Of a stretch of 59,434 bases of DNA, positions 24,300 to 35,115 are shown piece after piece. A program made the position numbers and the translations under genes. Under the pieces are notes generated by a model that did not search any database, was not told the DNA's origin, and saw nothing but the letters and a program-made list of their open reading frames with translations. The DNA is from Gekko japonicus. Lineage: Eukaryota. Numbering within the stretch: the stretch's first letter is position 1; each line of letters opens with the position of its first letter. The stretch lies in assembly GCF_001447785.1 (NCBI RefSeq), contig NW_015162057.1:32515-91948 (forward strand). The letters are read 5' to 3'.

Positions 24300-26247
24300 G
24301 TCAAGGCATGTGTCTACGTTTTTAAATTTTCTCACGAGTACAAATCTACCCTGTTAAGGCTGCCTGAAGAACGTCTGAAGCAGATAGAGCCAGATTCGTG
24401 ATGATTTGAGTATTCTGCAGTGGTTTCAGTGAGATATGCTCGTGTCAGAAGATCTGTTGCCATGAAGCACATGGCTGGGCTTCTTGGCATCTTCCAACAT
24501 ACAGCAGTGCATGTGGCAAACCCACTTGTGCACGCAAACTAAATCCATACAGTTCTCCACAACATGATATGCAAAAGATCTGCCTCCCAGCTGTTTGGTT
24601 GACTGTAGCCCTCTGTTGCTTGCCCTAGGCCAGGTTTGTAGTTGTATCATAGCTGGTCTTCAGAAGGAAGACTTGCAATTATAGGGAACGTCCCCCCCTC
24701 CCCCAATAAATCAGGCTAGTTTCAGTCTTTTCCATCACAGGATAAGCCTTTGATTTAGTCACTGCTTGGTAGATCCCTATGGCTCCATATTCATTCACAC
24801 ACATTTTGGAAAACACCTGTGTACTTCAAGCATTCTTTTTCTGTGCCGGTGGGAATTTGGCTCTTCTGGATGTACTAGAGCAGCAGAAGTACCTCTTGTA
24901 CATTATGTCACTGAAGATATGTTGAATAACTGGTGTAGGGTTAATCTACATCAGCTGCGAGAACCCACAAGCTAAGCATTGGGTTTTTCCTGCCTGTCAT
25001 AAAAGTTGCAACTTTATCACTTGCTTGCCAGCTGTATTTGCGGTGTGACCGTGTAGCTCTACATAACTGAAAAATGGAAAAAGTGAATGTTATGGCTACA
25101 CTGTCCTGTTCCCAAGTTACAGTGAATGCATATGCAATCTGTGTAGAATGTACCATTGATTTTTTCTTTATAAGCACATTAATTTCCATGTTACATTCAG
25201 CTACTATACAGCTTAACAAGTGATACAAACCCCGCAAGTAGATGCGGGTCCCTACTTCCACTTGTAAAACGACCATGTGTTGCTCTGTTACAAAGAGGCA
25301 TATGCACACACACGGAAGATTGATATGGATTCACGGTAACATGTGATCAGGGCTACAAATGGTTTGGGAAAGGAATACAATGAATCCAGAGAAATGGGAG
25401 CTCTAACAGTCCAATGCTGTGTGTGCATTCAAAAGGATGCTCCCAGTATCCTTGCTCTTTTAATACCTTTATTAACGATTGCTGAGACCCTGGCCCCTAG
25501 AAGTTAATTCCTCTGTTCTGAAATAACTGTCCTGTTTCTTGGAAGTATCCTTGCTGACTTAATTTCAGTTGTTGATTGTCTCTAACTGAAAGATAAGCTA
25601 TCAGAGAAGACAGACAAAATGTCCAGGGTAGGTATTCATAGGGATAAAGTGGTGCATCACTCAGCAGCAGTTCTAACGAGCCTTCACCTGCCTGTGCTGG
25701 CCGACTCTCGCACAATGGCCTGCTTATTGAGGCGGCCGCGTGCCCTCATCTTGACTGTCACTCTTCAGGGTCTGATTCAGCCACACTTACTAATTTTGTA
25801 GTGTCTTTCTGTGGGGCTCTATTGCTATTACTCTTCTACCCTCAGAGAGGCTGCGAGTCTGCACCCGAGGAAATAATAAAAGCGTTGTGTTAACAAAACA
25901 TTTAACATGAATAAATCCCCCAACAAAGTAGCTTTTTAGTTCTGTCTGCTCTTAGAGTACGTGCAGGTATGCAAACAGATTGCCCAACTGTGGTCTGGAG
26001 ACTGCAGTGTTCATATTCTACAGCCCGTTCTGTTTGTCTCCATGTTGGGGGTTTGGGTTGTGTAGTGAGCTTTGGGCCTGGAGTTCCTACTCCAGCGATG
26101 TTGGTCAGAGATGTTAAACCTATGGAGGTGTTAGCTCCAGGTTAGTGTTCTCTTGCCGGGGCTTAATTTTCCAGGTCAGGCATAAAAGTATATCTGGATC
26201 TTCATCAGTGCTTGTACCCTTGGAGAATCTCAGGGTTCCTCCAGTCT

Positions 26248-26373
26248 CGAGAAAGAATGAGTAACACATTAACATCTATCACATAACTTGTATCTTGCTG
26301 AAGAACTTCCTCCAGGAGAAAGAATGAGTAACACATTCACACCTGTCACATAACTTGTATCTTGCTGAAGAAC
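26248..26373 (+). repeat. Tandem duplication of about 60 bp
   Basis: GAGAAAGAATGAGTAACACATT...TGTATCTTGCTGAAGAACT occurs twice. Confidence 0.8.
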
Positions 26374-27091
26374 TGGAAGGAGCTGTATCCTGGCCATCTT
26401 GGCTCTCAGTTTATTCTAAGAGAAAGACAAGAAGAAAGACGGCTTGTGCAAAGGAGCCCAGACAATGTGGGACAGGCTTCCTAAAAATTTCATGTTTAGG
26501 AAAGAGGTTCGTAAACTAGGAACAGTGTATTCTAATTTTATCACATTAGGGGATAACATTCTGCTTTCAGGTCTTGAGGTTTTTGAACCAATTCGTGAGC
26601 TAGAAGATGACTCGGGAAAGTTTCTTCTTTCTGTCTCAGCCCTGAAGCAGAAAGGGAGATCGGCAGGAGAGGCATGTCTCTGTAATGCATAATGGACTGA
26701 AATAAGATCTTCATTTGAGACAGTCTGTTATTCCAAAAGATGTGCTGGTGGTTGTATCTTTGTCAGTCATGTCTTTATGATGGCAGAAGGGAGCCGGCTC
26801 TCAGCAAGATGTTCAACACCTAGCTTTTGTTTTAAAGCTTTAGGAATGGCGTTAGCAAGGGGGAACGCATCTTCTACATGCTACTAGCTGGGACCTCGGA
26901 GTTTCAGAAATATGGTTCAGGATTGCTCCCTCTTTATTTCCCCCCCCCCAGAACTGCAACACTTAACATCTCAAGTTGTGAAATCGTTAATAACAGACGT
27001 GTTCGAAAGAGGCTTTTCTACTTCGTTTATGGTCTTATATGACTAGGTACTGACTCTAGAAAAAAATTCCTGTTTGGATATTGGTTCTAAA

Positions 27092-27430
27092 CAGGGCTTT
27101 TTTGGTAGAAAAAGCCCAGCAGGAACGCATTAGCATAATAGGCCACACCCAACAGCAGACACTCATTAGCATATTAGGCCACACCCCTGACAGCACCACT
27201 CATTAGCATATTAGGCCGCACCCCCATGTTACCAGAAGTGTGGTCATCCAGCCACACCCACCTTTTGCTTCTTATTCTGTTTACCTTGTTTGTTGTCAAA
27301 ACCCAGGGCTTTTTTTGTAGCAGGAACTCCTTTGCATGTTAGGCCACACACCCCTAATGTAGCCAATCCTAATGAGTTTCTGCTGTTGGGTGTGGCCTAT
27401 TATGCTAATGAGTTCCTGCTGGGCGTGGCC
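27092..27430. mobile_element. hAT-type MITE (CAGGGCTTTTTT end), truncated by gap
   Basis: CAGGGCTTTTTTGGTAGAAAAAGCCCAGCAGGAAC followed by repeated CATTAGCATATTAGGCCACACCC; inverse match to about 21790-22030. Confidence 0.7.
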
Positions 27431-27739
27431 NNNNNNNNNNNNNNNNNNNNNNNNNNNNNNNNNNNNNNNNNNNNNNNNNNNNNNNNNNNNNNNNNNNNNN
27501 NNNNNNNNNNNNNNNNNNNNNNNNNNNNNNNNNNNNNNNNNNNNNNNNNNNNNNNNNNNNCCGAGTGTTGCCCTTTTGCGTGTGACAGCCTCCCCTGATC
27601 TTTCATGCTCCTGCCATGTGTGTGTGTGTGTCCCTGCTTGTGTCCCAGCGTGTGACCTCAGACAGCTAGCCTCTTGGCTTCCCTAATTCCTTCTCATCCC
27701 TGCTAACCTGCTGTTCCTTTGCACACTGGTGTCTTGCAG

Positions 27740-27835
27740 TCTTCCTCTTTGCTAGCTGCTCGACAGAGCACCTCCGATGTCCCCACTGCTGCGGATCTTG
27801 TCAGTGCAATAGAAAAACTGGTCAAAAGCAAGCTG
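27740..27835 (+). CDS. KALRN: Kalirin coding exon SSSLLAARQSTSDVPTAADLVSAIEKLVKSKL
   Basis: gtcttgcag| acceptor, |gtaagt donor; 96 nt, symmetric phase 0/0; matches recalled kalirin. Confidence 0.95.
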
Positions 27836-28864
27836 GTAAGTGTGGAGTCCTCGGCTCTTGTCTAGAGAACCGTCTTAGAGGGCAACACGATAAATTGGCA
27901 GCTTGGTCTTCTGTTCCGTGTTCGTGCTTCCCTTGCTTTCCCTGCCATTGTTGTTACCCTGTGTAGATGCTGAATATCCATTTGCAATCTCATGCTGATT
28001 CCATTTTCAGTTGGTTGCTAAACAGCGGGCCGATATTTGTAGGTACTCCATTGGTTTTTCCTGTTATGATGACGACTGCCAGGAGTTACAGTGTAATCCA
28101 GAACATTTTGTCATTGTCTACGGAATCTCAATGAAATCTCTGTTAATAAAATTGGTTGTCCTATTATGGTGCCAGTCTTTAGTAACGTATCTCATATAGC
28201 AATGAACGGTGAGAAGTTTTCTTTCTAAAACATGATGGGCAAACCTGGTGTCTTAGAGGTTGACCGCATCTTCTTGCGCCCTGCACTGTTCCGGGGGCCA
28301 CAGTTTCAAGGATGATACCAGCTTGAAGCAGGACGGGGGCATCGAGAGTTTACTTCTGCAAGCCCTGCTCTGCTCACACTAGACAGGATTTCAGCTGATG
28401 CCTTCTTCACTTATGAGCATGTAATTTTCTGGATGAGGATTCAGTTTGGGAAATGATTCAAAGGATGGTCATTATGTGGTTTATGAAGTCAGGCTTTCAA
28501 CATAATACACCTTTTTACAAGAACTTCAGGGGCAAAATACAGTGATGAATGCATAAATAGTTCACAAAATGCCCTGCACAGACTGACAAACATTTAGCCA
28601 TTAAAGCTCAGAGGTTGTTTGGTCCTCAGTATTTCAGAGACTGTCTAGACCCATATGAATCTCCCTGCGATTGAAGATCAGCGACAGAGGCCATGCTGTA
28701 AATTGCATCAGAGAGGGCAGGTTACCCACACAGAAAGCAAGGCCTTATCTGCGATTCCCAAGAACTCTGGGGATTCCCGTTCAGTGAAAATCTGTGTTAG
28801 TGCCTAATCTTTTGCTCAGAACAGCCTGTGAGCAATTAACCGCTGGCTCTTGCCTTGTTGCTGC

Positions 28865-29085
28865 TGGTGGTGGTGGTAAAAGTGTCTCTAGTCACAGTCG
28901 ACTTATGGCGACCCCTTAGAGTTTTCAAGGCAAGAGATGAACAGAGGTAGTTTGCCATTGCCTGCCCATGCATAGCAACCCCTTTATTCCTTGGTGGTCT
29001 CCCATCCAGGTCTTAACTGGGGACAACCTGCTTAGCTTCCAAAACCTGGTGAGATCAGGGGTAGCGTGGCCTGTCCAGGTCAGGC
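28865..29085 (-). mobile_element. 5S rRNA-derived SINE (5S-Sauria-like)
   Basis: Reverse strand ...GGAAGCTAAGCAGG...GGATGGGAGACCACCAAGGAATA (5S-like), then GGGGTCGCCATAAGTCG (RTE-like tail) and (CCA)n. Confidence 0.75.
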
Positions 29086-29241
29086 ATTGTTGCCACTGCT
29101 GTGTTTTAATCGTTTAACGTTTTCCCCAATTTTCATTTTTTTAAAAATCTGTACACTGCTTTGAAATTATGGAAACAGCTTCGCGATATAGATAAGTACA
29201 GGATCGCACCTTATTTTTATCTGTATTCGTTTACCAAATGT

Positions 29242-29546
29242 GAGCCAGTTTGGTGTAGTGGTTAAGTGTGCGGACTCTAATTTGGGAGAACCGGGTTTGA
29301 GTCCCCACTCCTCCACTTGCACCTGCTGATGTGACCTTGGGTCAGTCACAAGCTCTGGCACAGCTGTCCTTGAAAAAGAGCAGTTTGTGTCAGCGTTCTC
29401 TCAGCCCCACCCACCTCACAGGGTGTCTGTTGTGGGGAGGGGAAGGGAAAGGAGTTTGTAAGCCGCTCTGAGACTCCAAGTGAAGGGCGGGGTATAAATC
29501 CAATCTCCTCTCTTCTTCTTCTTCTTCTTCTTCTTCTTCTTCTTCT
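29242..29546 (+). mobile_element. Squam3-like tRNA/L2-tail SINE
   Basis: GAGCCAGTTTGGTGTAGTGGTTAAG (A box), GGTTTGAGTCCC (B box), (TTC)n tail; multiple copies in the window. Confidence 0.85.
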
Positions 29547-29944
29547 ACGTGCACTCCCCCTATCAGTTTGCAGAAAGACTTGCCGTTTAAAGGCAAACTT
29601 GTTAACATTTTGAATTAATAAAAATGTCTAGCGGTGTCCGAGTACAAAAGCAAATGATGCGGTTGCTCAGATGAGTCTGGTTTATTGTTTGGCTGATGTG
29701 GATTTTGATTCAGGGACTGACTGCAGCTAAATGTTTAGTAATTTTTAGTTAATTTCATGTTATAGGTTTAATGTTGTAGGTTTATCATGTTAATAGGTTT
29801 AATTTAATGATGCAGCCAAGCAGGCTTCCTCAAAGAACTGAGTGATGGGCCGTCTCCTTTTAGGGCACATTGCAGTAGTCCAGTCTGGAAGGTACCAATA
29901 GATGGAATGACAGTCTAGGGCTTGGATACTGGTATTAAATCAGA

Positions 29945-30489
29945 GGGTGCATTCAGATGGGCAGCTAATCCCGCCATTATGCCGGCTCAAATTTGATCCC
30001 AATCTTTTAAATCCGTCCTCGCACGACCAGATGTCCCCCGGGGGAATCGCCTTATTGTGCGCTGCTTCTGCTGTGGATTCTCTAGACAGCGTCCACTGAA
30101 GGAGGCACGAGAGGTGGAGGGGTTACAAAAACTTTTTGTGCATGCACATAGGCGTGATATTGCATCCTTGTTTATCCACGGATGTGCAGAATCAAGATTT
30201 TTTAAAAATGATGCCCGTTTGGGATGGTCTGACGTCAGACCATCCCGAACGGGCGCCATTTTTTAATTGCGTGCTGGAACGATCAGACGGGGGCAAGCGT
30301 GCAATTGGCCCATCGGAACCGAAAATTCCAGATTTTAGCTAGTACCTTTTTAGTACGCCTCCAAAGCGCGGCAAAACGGGATGTTCATGAAAGACGGACG
30401 TTTCCCAGATGTTGATCTCTGGACATTACATTTAAATCCATGAGGCACTCGTGCCTCGCACAGATCTAAAGAGCCGTCTGAATGCACCC
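29945..30489. mobile_element. PIF/Harbinger-like MITE, CpG-rich with central palindrome
   Basis: TIRs GGGTGCATTCAGA...TCTGAATGCACCC; 3-bp flanks AGA/TGA; internal hairpin at about 30204-30264. Confidence 0.75.
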
Positions 30490-30859
30490 TGAAACTCAAA
30501 ATAATGTTCTCTGGAGATAATAGTGTATTTTATTATGTGAAACGAGGTAATTTCTCCAGTTTATGGAGTCAGGCAATAATAGAAAAATTGAATGTTATAC
30601 AGTGCACAGAGAAAGTTGTTTTTGCATTAGGGTGGCCCTTAGCCTGTAAGGTTATCGAGCAGTTGATTATGAAGATTTTTATCAGTAGTGCTCTCTGCCA
30701 GGCTAGGCATGTCTGCTCTTCTCTGCATATGCAGATCCCACCATTCTTTACAATCCCAAAATAATTGTTTAGCCTTACAGTTCCACGATGCAGATGAGCA
30801 ATTATGCTTACAAAATTAAATGTGCTACTGTGTGTGATCTCTGAATGTCATATATTAGG

Positions 30860-31130
30860 TACACCAATTTTCCGATAGATAATTGTGGTTGTGGCTTAGG
30901 GATCACAGAAACTGTGAAGCATGTTTTATTTGAATGTCAGTGGCATAAGGAGGCTGGAGAGAAATGGATCAAGCCACTTGTGCCCCAGTGAAATGAGCCT
31001 CCCCCAGACTTTATTGTTACAAAAAAATTTAATGGATCGTAGGCCAGCAAATACATTCTTTTTAGCGAAATTCCTTGCTCAGGCCATGAGAGTTTGGGCA
31101 GCTCGTGACAAGACACCTTCTCTAACTTAG
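30860..31130 (+). mobile_element. Non-LTR retrotransposon ORF2 C-terminal zinc-knuckle fragment (RTE-X-like)
   Basis: From 30884 translates CGCGLGITETVKHVLFECQWHKEAGEKWIKPL (CCHC knuckle). Confidence 0.55.
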
Positions 31131-31374
31131 TATAGCCTCTCTTCTCTGGCTTGAATTGCTCCTTTTATTCTGAGCTAGGATAGATCAATACTAGTCAAAA
31201 CCTTTCGGTCAGTGGGGAAAAGAAACGAAGTCCACTTTGGAAATGGGCACAGGTGACAACAAGATGGAGACAAGTACTCTGGGTGTTACTGGGCCTCCAA
31301 GTAGCAGCTGCAGCCCAGAGTGGCAAGCCCGGGTACTTTCCTAGCTGGCCTGCTGTATCTTTCTTAGATATGGG

Positions 31375-31742
31375 CAGGGGTCATTTCGTAGAAAAAGAGG
31401 CGCAGGAGCTCATTAGCATAACTTATTTGCATACGCCACACCCCCTGACATCACCGGAAGTGTGTCAGAAGGCAACACCCACCACTCAGGCTCCACTGGA
31501 CTATTTTGGATTGCTAGCTATTGGGGGGGGACATACAGATCTGTCCTCACAGAGGAGGGAGAGCTTGTACCTGAAGGCGGGCCGGGGGGGGGCTCTGCAA
31601 CTTACCTGGCTGCTTCTTGCTCCTCGTGGCCCGACTGAGGGCTGCTGGGAGCAGGGGGTGGGGCTTGTTGCATGTTCCCACCCCCTGGGCTCCTTACAGC
31701 CGGAGCTCCGCTCCTGTGCGCTCCCACAGGAAATGACCCCTG
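31375..31742. mobile_element. hAT MITE family A (opposite orientation to the 4596 copy)
   Basis: TIRs CAGGGGTCATTTC...GAAATGACCCCTG; perfect 8-bp TSD GATATGGG. Confidence 0.9.
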
Positions 31743-32409
31743 GATATGGGCATATTTGGCATACTACTGCCTACTCATTCTCATATTTCCCAGTCCTTCT
31801 CAGCAGTGCCATGTTGATGTTTAAAAGATCAGGCTTACTTTGGGGATACATTTGATGAACTAGACTTATTTCTTAATGGGCTACTTTTGGGCTTCCAGGG
31901 GGAATGAAGGTCTAGGGTATAGAGGGTTTTTTTAGGTATATCTCTAGGGCTTCATCCTGGTTCTTCATGCATAAAGAGCATATGCTCTACCACTGAACTA
32001 ATATCAAAACCACTTGGGGAAAACCCACTTGTTTCAATGTTTCCTCACTTTAATTGCAGCTAGTGTTGCTTTTGCCCTTTGAAACAGTGATGAGCAAATG
32101 TTATTATCTTCTACTTGGGTAGCAGCTCAGTCTCTTGCTTCCTAATGTAAAAATTGTTCAGGATTCTGTTAGCTGGCTACAATTGTTCCTGTGCACAGCT
32201 ATACAAAAATCCAGTTTTTTAAAAAATTGGCTGCATATCCATATACTGCACCCTAATGATAAGCTACTTCAAGAAATCTGCCTTTAACTGCAGATTGAGT
32301 ACTGTTTGCTGTAGGATCCCCCAGTCGTGACACTGCATGATAACCTATGACTGGTTCCGCACAGGACTTTTGACCCTGAGTGGAAAGCAAAACGCCCTGG
32401 CATTTGAGG

Positions 32410-33051
32410 CAATGCTCCCTCTAAGCTGTGGAGTCTTGTGAGTGATAATTCTGCTTTGTGAGCTACTGGCATTAAAGCTGTGAGCGAACGATTTGGCTGC
32501 TGCATAAATTAGTTGGCTCTGGAGCCATCCTTCCTGAGCTAAGACAAAAAAGTGTGAGGCTAAAAAACTGTGAGCTAGCTAAAAAAACAAACAAACTGTG
32601 AGCTAGCTCACACTAACTCAGCTTAGAGGAGGGGTCATTTCCTGCAGGAGCGTACAGGAGCGGAGCTCCGGCAGTAAAGAGCCCAGGGGGCGGGCACATG
32701 CAACAAGCCCCACCCCCTGCTCCCAGCAGCCCTCAGTCAGAGCAAGAAGCACCCAGGTAAATTGCAGAGTCCTCCCGGCCCCCCGGCCCAAAACAGTCCA
32801 CTGGCACCTTTAAGACCAAGTTTTATTCAGGTACAAGCTCTCCCTCCTCTGCGAGGGCAGATCTGCACATCCCCCCCCCCAATAGCTAGCAATCCAGAGC
32901 AGTCCAGTGGAGCCTACGCGGTGGGTGTTGCCTTCTGACACACTCCCGGTGATATCAGGGGGTGTGGCATATGCAAATAAGTTATGCTAATGAGTTGTGC
33001 TAATGAGCTCCTGCACCTCTTTTTCTACGGAATGGCTCAGAGGGAACACTG
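32410..33051. mobile_element. hAT MITE family B with a family A MITE (32629-33034) nested in its TIR
   Basis: Outer TSD ATTTGAGG (32402-32409 and 33052-33059); inner TSD GCTTAGAG/GCTCAGAG. Confidence 0.85.
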
Positions 33052-33512
33052 ATTTGAGGGGAGCTTCCACATGATGTCATGCTGGTACTGAGCATGATTC
33101 ATGAGGCTCCCAGGACTTCCCTGTTCAAATCACCCAGTCAAACAGAAGCAACCATTGTTTTAAACAGGCTAATATTGGGTGGCCGCAGGCTGTGCAGATG
33201 TTCAGCTCTGCCTTCAAATTGTACGCCAGCACAGGGAGAAAGAGGTCGGGTGGCATCAGGAGAGAGCAGTACAGGGACAAGGCAGGTAGATATCGTCTCT
33301 GCTCGCTTCTATTGCAGGGCCACCCTTTTCATGCCTCCATGGGGAAGCAGCCTTCATCTGTCTAAAACTGTTGCAGGGCAGATCAGAGATGCACAAATGA
33401 ATGGAACCAGCCTGCAAGAATTAATAATTATCGTATGGCAGGGTGTGTAGTATAGCCAGGAGATGCTAGGATTGTCTGGCAGCCAGAAGCTCTAGCTCTT
33501 TTGTGGCAAGCT

Positions 33513-33657
33513 AGGCTTATGGTGGGCTGAGAGAGTTCTGAGAGAACTGTGACTGATCCAGGGTCATCCAGCTGGCTTCCAGTGGAGGAGTGGGGAATCA
33601 AACATGGTGCGCCAGATTAAAGTCTGCCACTCTTAACCACTGCACCAAACTGACTCT
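33513..33657 (-). mobile_element. Squam3-like SINE 5' fragment
   Basis: Reverse complement of the tRNA head (...CTTAACCACTGCACCAAACTGACTCTC). Confidence 0.7.
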
Positions 33658-33874
33658 CTGCCTGAAAGAAGTTCATAGAAGAGAACTTTTACCTGTTGAT
33701 CGTATTTAGGTGGTCTTCAGAATATTCTGAGGAAATACTATCGTAGTTGAAAATAAATGAAATGTTTTCAAAATGTGAGCTCTGCTATACCGAATATGAC
33801 TCCTGCTCTATGATACTCCAATAAGCCTGGAACATACCGTAATTAAATGTGACTGGGTGGGGGGAGAGTAATTT

Positions 33875-34193
33875 TACTGATTATCCCCATTACCCTGTGA
33901 ACTTAGGCAGATCATGAGAGGGAGGGCAGGAAGGGTTGCATTAGTGCTTAGTTCTTGTGGCCCTTTCTTATACCTCCAGGGAATTGCTGATTGCCACTTT
34001 GGGGTCAAGAAGCAATTGTTCTCTAGGCCAGTTTGGCTGGAGATCCTGGAGGTTTTTTGTCATCTTCTGGGCATGGAACAGCGGTCACTGGGTGTGTGTG
34101 GGAGGGGGAGGTATTTGTGAATTTCCTGCATTGTGAAGGGGTTGGACTAGATGACCCTGGAGGTCCCTTCCAACTCTATGATTCTGTGATTCT
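33875..34193 (+). mobile_element. CR1 LINE 3' UTR
   Basis: GGGTTGGACTAGATGACCCTGGAGGTCCCTTCCAACTCT followed by the ATGATTCT/GTGATTCT tail typical of CR1. Confidence 0.8.
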
Positions 34194-34262
34194 AAGGTAG
34201 CTCTGTGGTCCATAACTTGTTTTTCTGTTTAATCTGTTGTGATTTTGTTTTTAACTTTTAAG

Positions 34263-34396
34263 ACATTAGAAGGAGGCTCCTACCGAGGAAGCTTAAAAGA
34301 TCCTACTGGATGTTTAAACGAAACTGTGACACCTTCAACTCCTCCTTCAAGAAACCTTGAAGAGGAACAAAAAGCCAAAGCTATGCGAGGCAGGAT
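34263..34396 (+). CDS. KALRN: Kalirin coding exon TLEGGSYRGSLKDPTGCLNE...EEEQKAKAMRGR(M)
   Basis: aacttttaag| acceptor, gat|gtaagt donor; 134 nt, phase 0/2. Confidence 0.95.
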
Positions 34397-34606
34397 GTAA
34401 GTTATCTAAAAAAATCTCGTCATATGGGAAAATGTCATTATGAGTGAATTTAAGGCTAATAAGATGCTACTATATGTGTGTTCTGCTTTTAGTATACTGG
34501 CAGGATGTAAGTTATCTAAAAAGTCTCTTCATATGGAAAAATGTCATTATGAGTGAATTTAAGGCAAATAAGATGTTACTATATGTGTGTTCTGCTTTTA
34601 GTATAC
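34389..34606 (+). repeat. 110-bp tandem duplication including the KALRN exon 3' end and splice donor
   Basis: GGCAGGATGTAAGTTATCTAAAA...TGTTCTGCTTTTAGTATAC at 34389-34498 and 34499-34606. Confidence 0.9.
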
Positions 34607-34653
34607 ACTGAGGATGCAGCACTAGGTGAACAGATGTAATGCTTTAACAGTGG

Positions 34654-35115
34654 CCAATGAAAAAAGAAAAAAGAACTGTGACAATTTAGCACTTGGTACT
34701 ATATTCATAAATCATAATATACAATAACAGAAAATAAGTAATATATATAGTGAATGTAGACGGTGGTCTCCAGAATGGTGTGCCGTTTCGACAATGATCT
34801 TCTGAACAAGGATGTGTACATAAACTGTCTTTCAACAATACATTTCTCTTTGTGACGTATTGAAAATATACTGTTGATTCACTTCATCATAAAGCTATGC
34901 AATGGGCTATAATTGCTGAACCATTCCGGAGATCACCGTCTACATTCACTATATATATTACTTATTTTCTGTTATTGTATATTATGATTTATGAATATAG
35001 TACCAAGCGCTAAATTGTCACAGTTTTTTTCTTTTTTCATTGGCCACTAAATTGTCACAGTTCTTTTTTCTTTTTTCATTGGTCTTATTACTGTGCCCAT
35101 TCTTGTAACTATTCT
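34654..35115. mobile_element. Fold-back insertion, probably Penelope-like (inverted pseudo-LTRs)
   Basis: About 130-bp inverted arms at 34649-34779 and 34920-35048; 15-bp direct flanks ATGCTTTAACAGTGG (34639-34653 and 35116-35130); hammerhead-like motif on the minus strand. Confidence 0.65.

Noticed and set aside
31253-31855. 200-aa ORF with a signal-peptide-like start (MTTRWRQVLWVLLGLQVAAAAQ)
   Set aside because: It starts at GTG, most of it is the non-coding hAT MITE at 31375-31742, and other copies of the MITE do not keep the frame.
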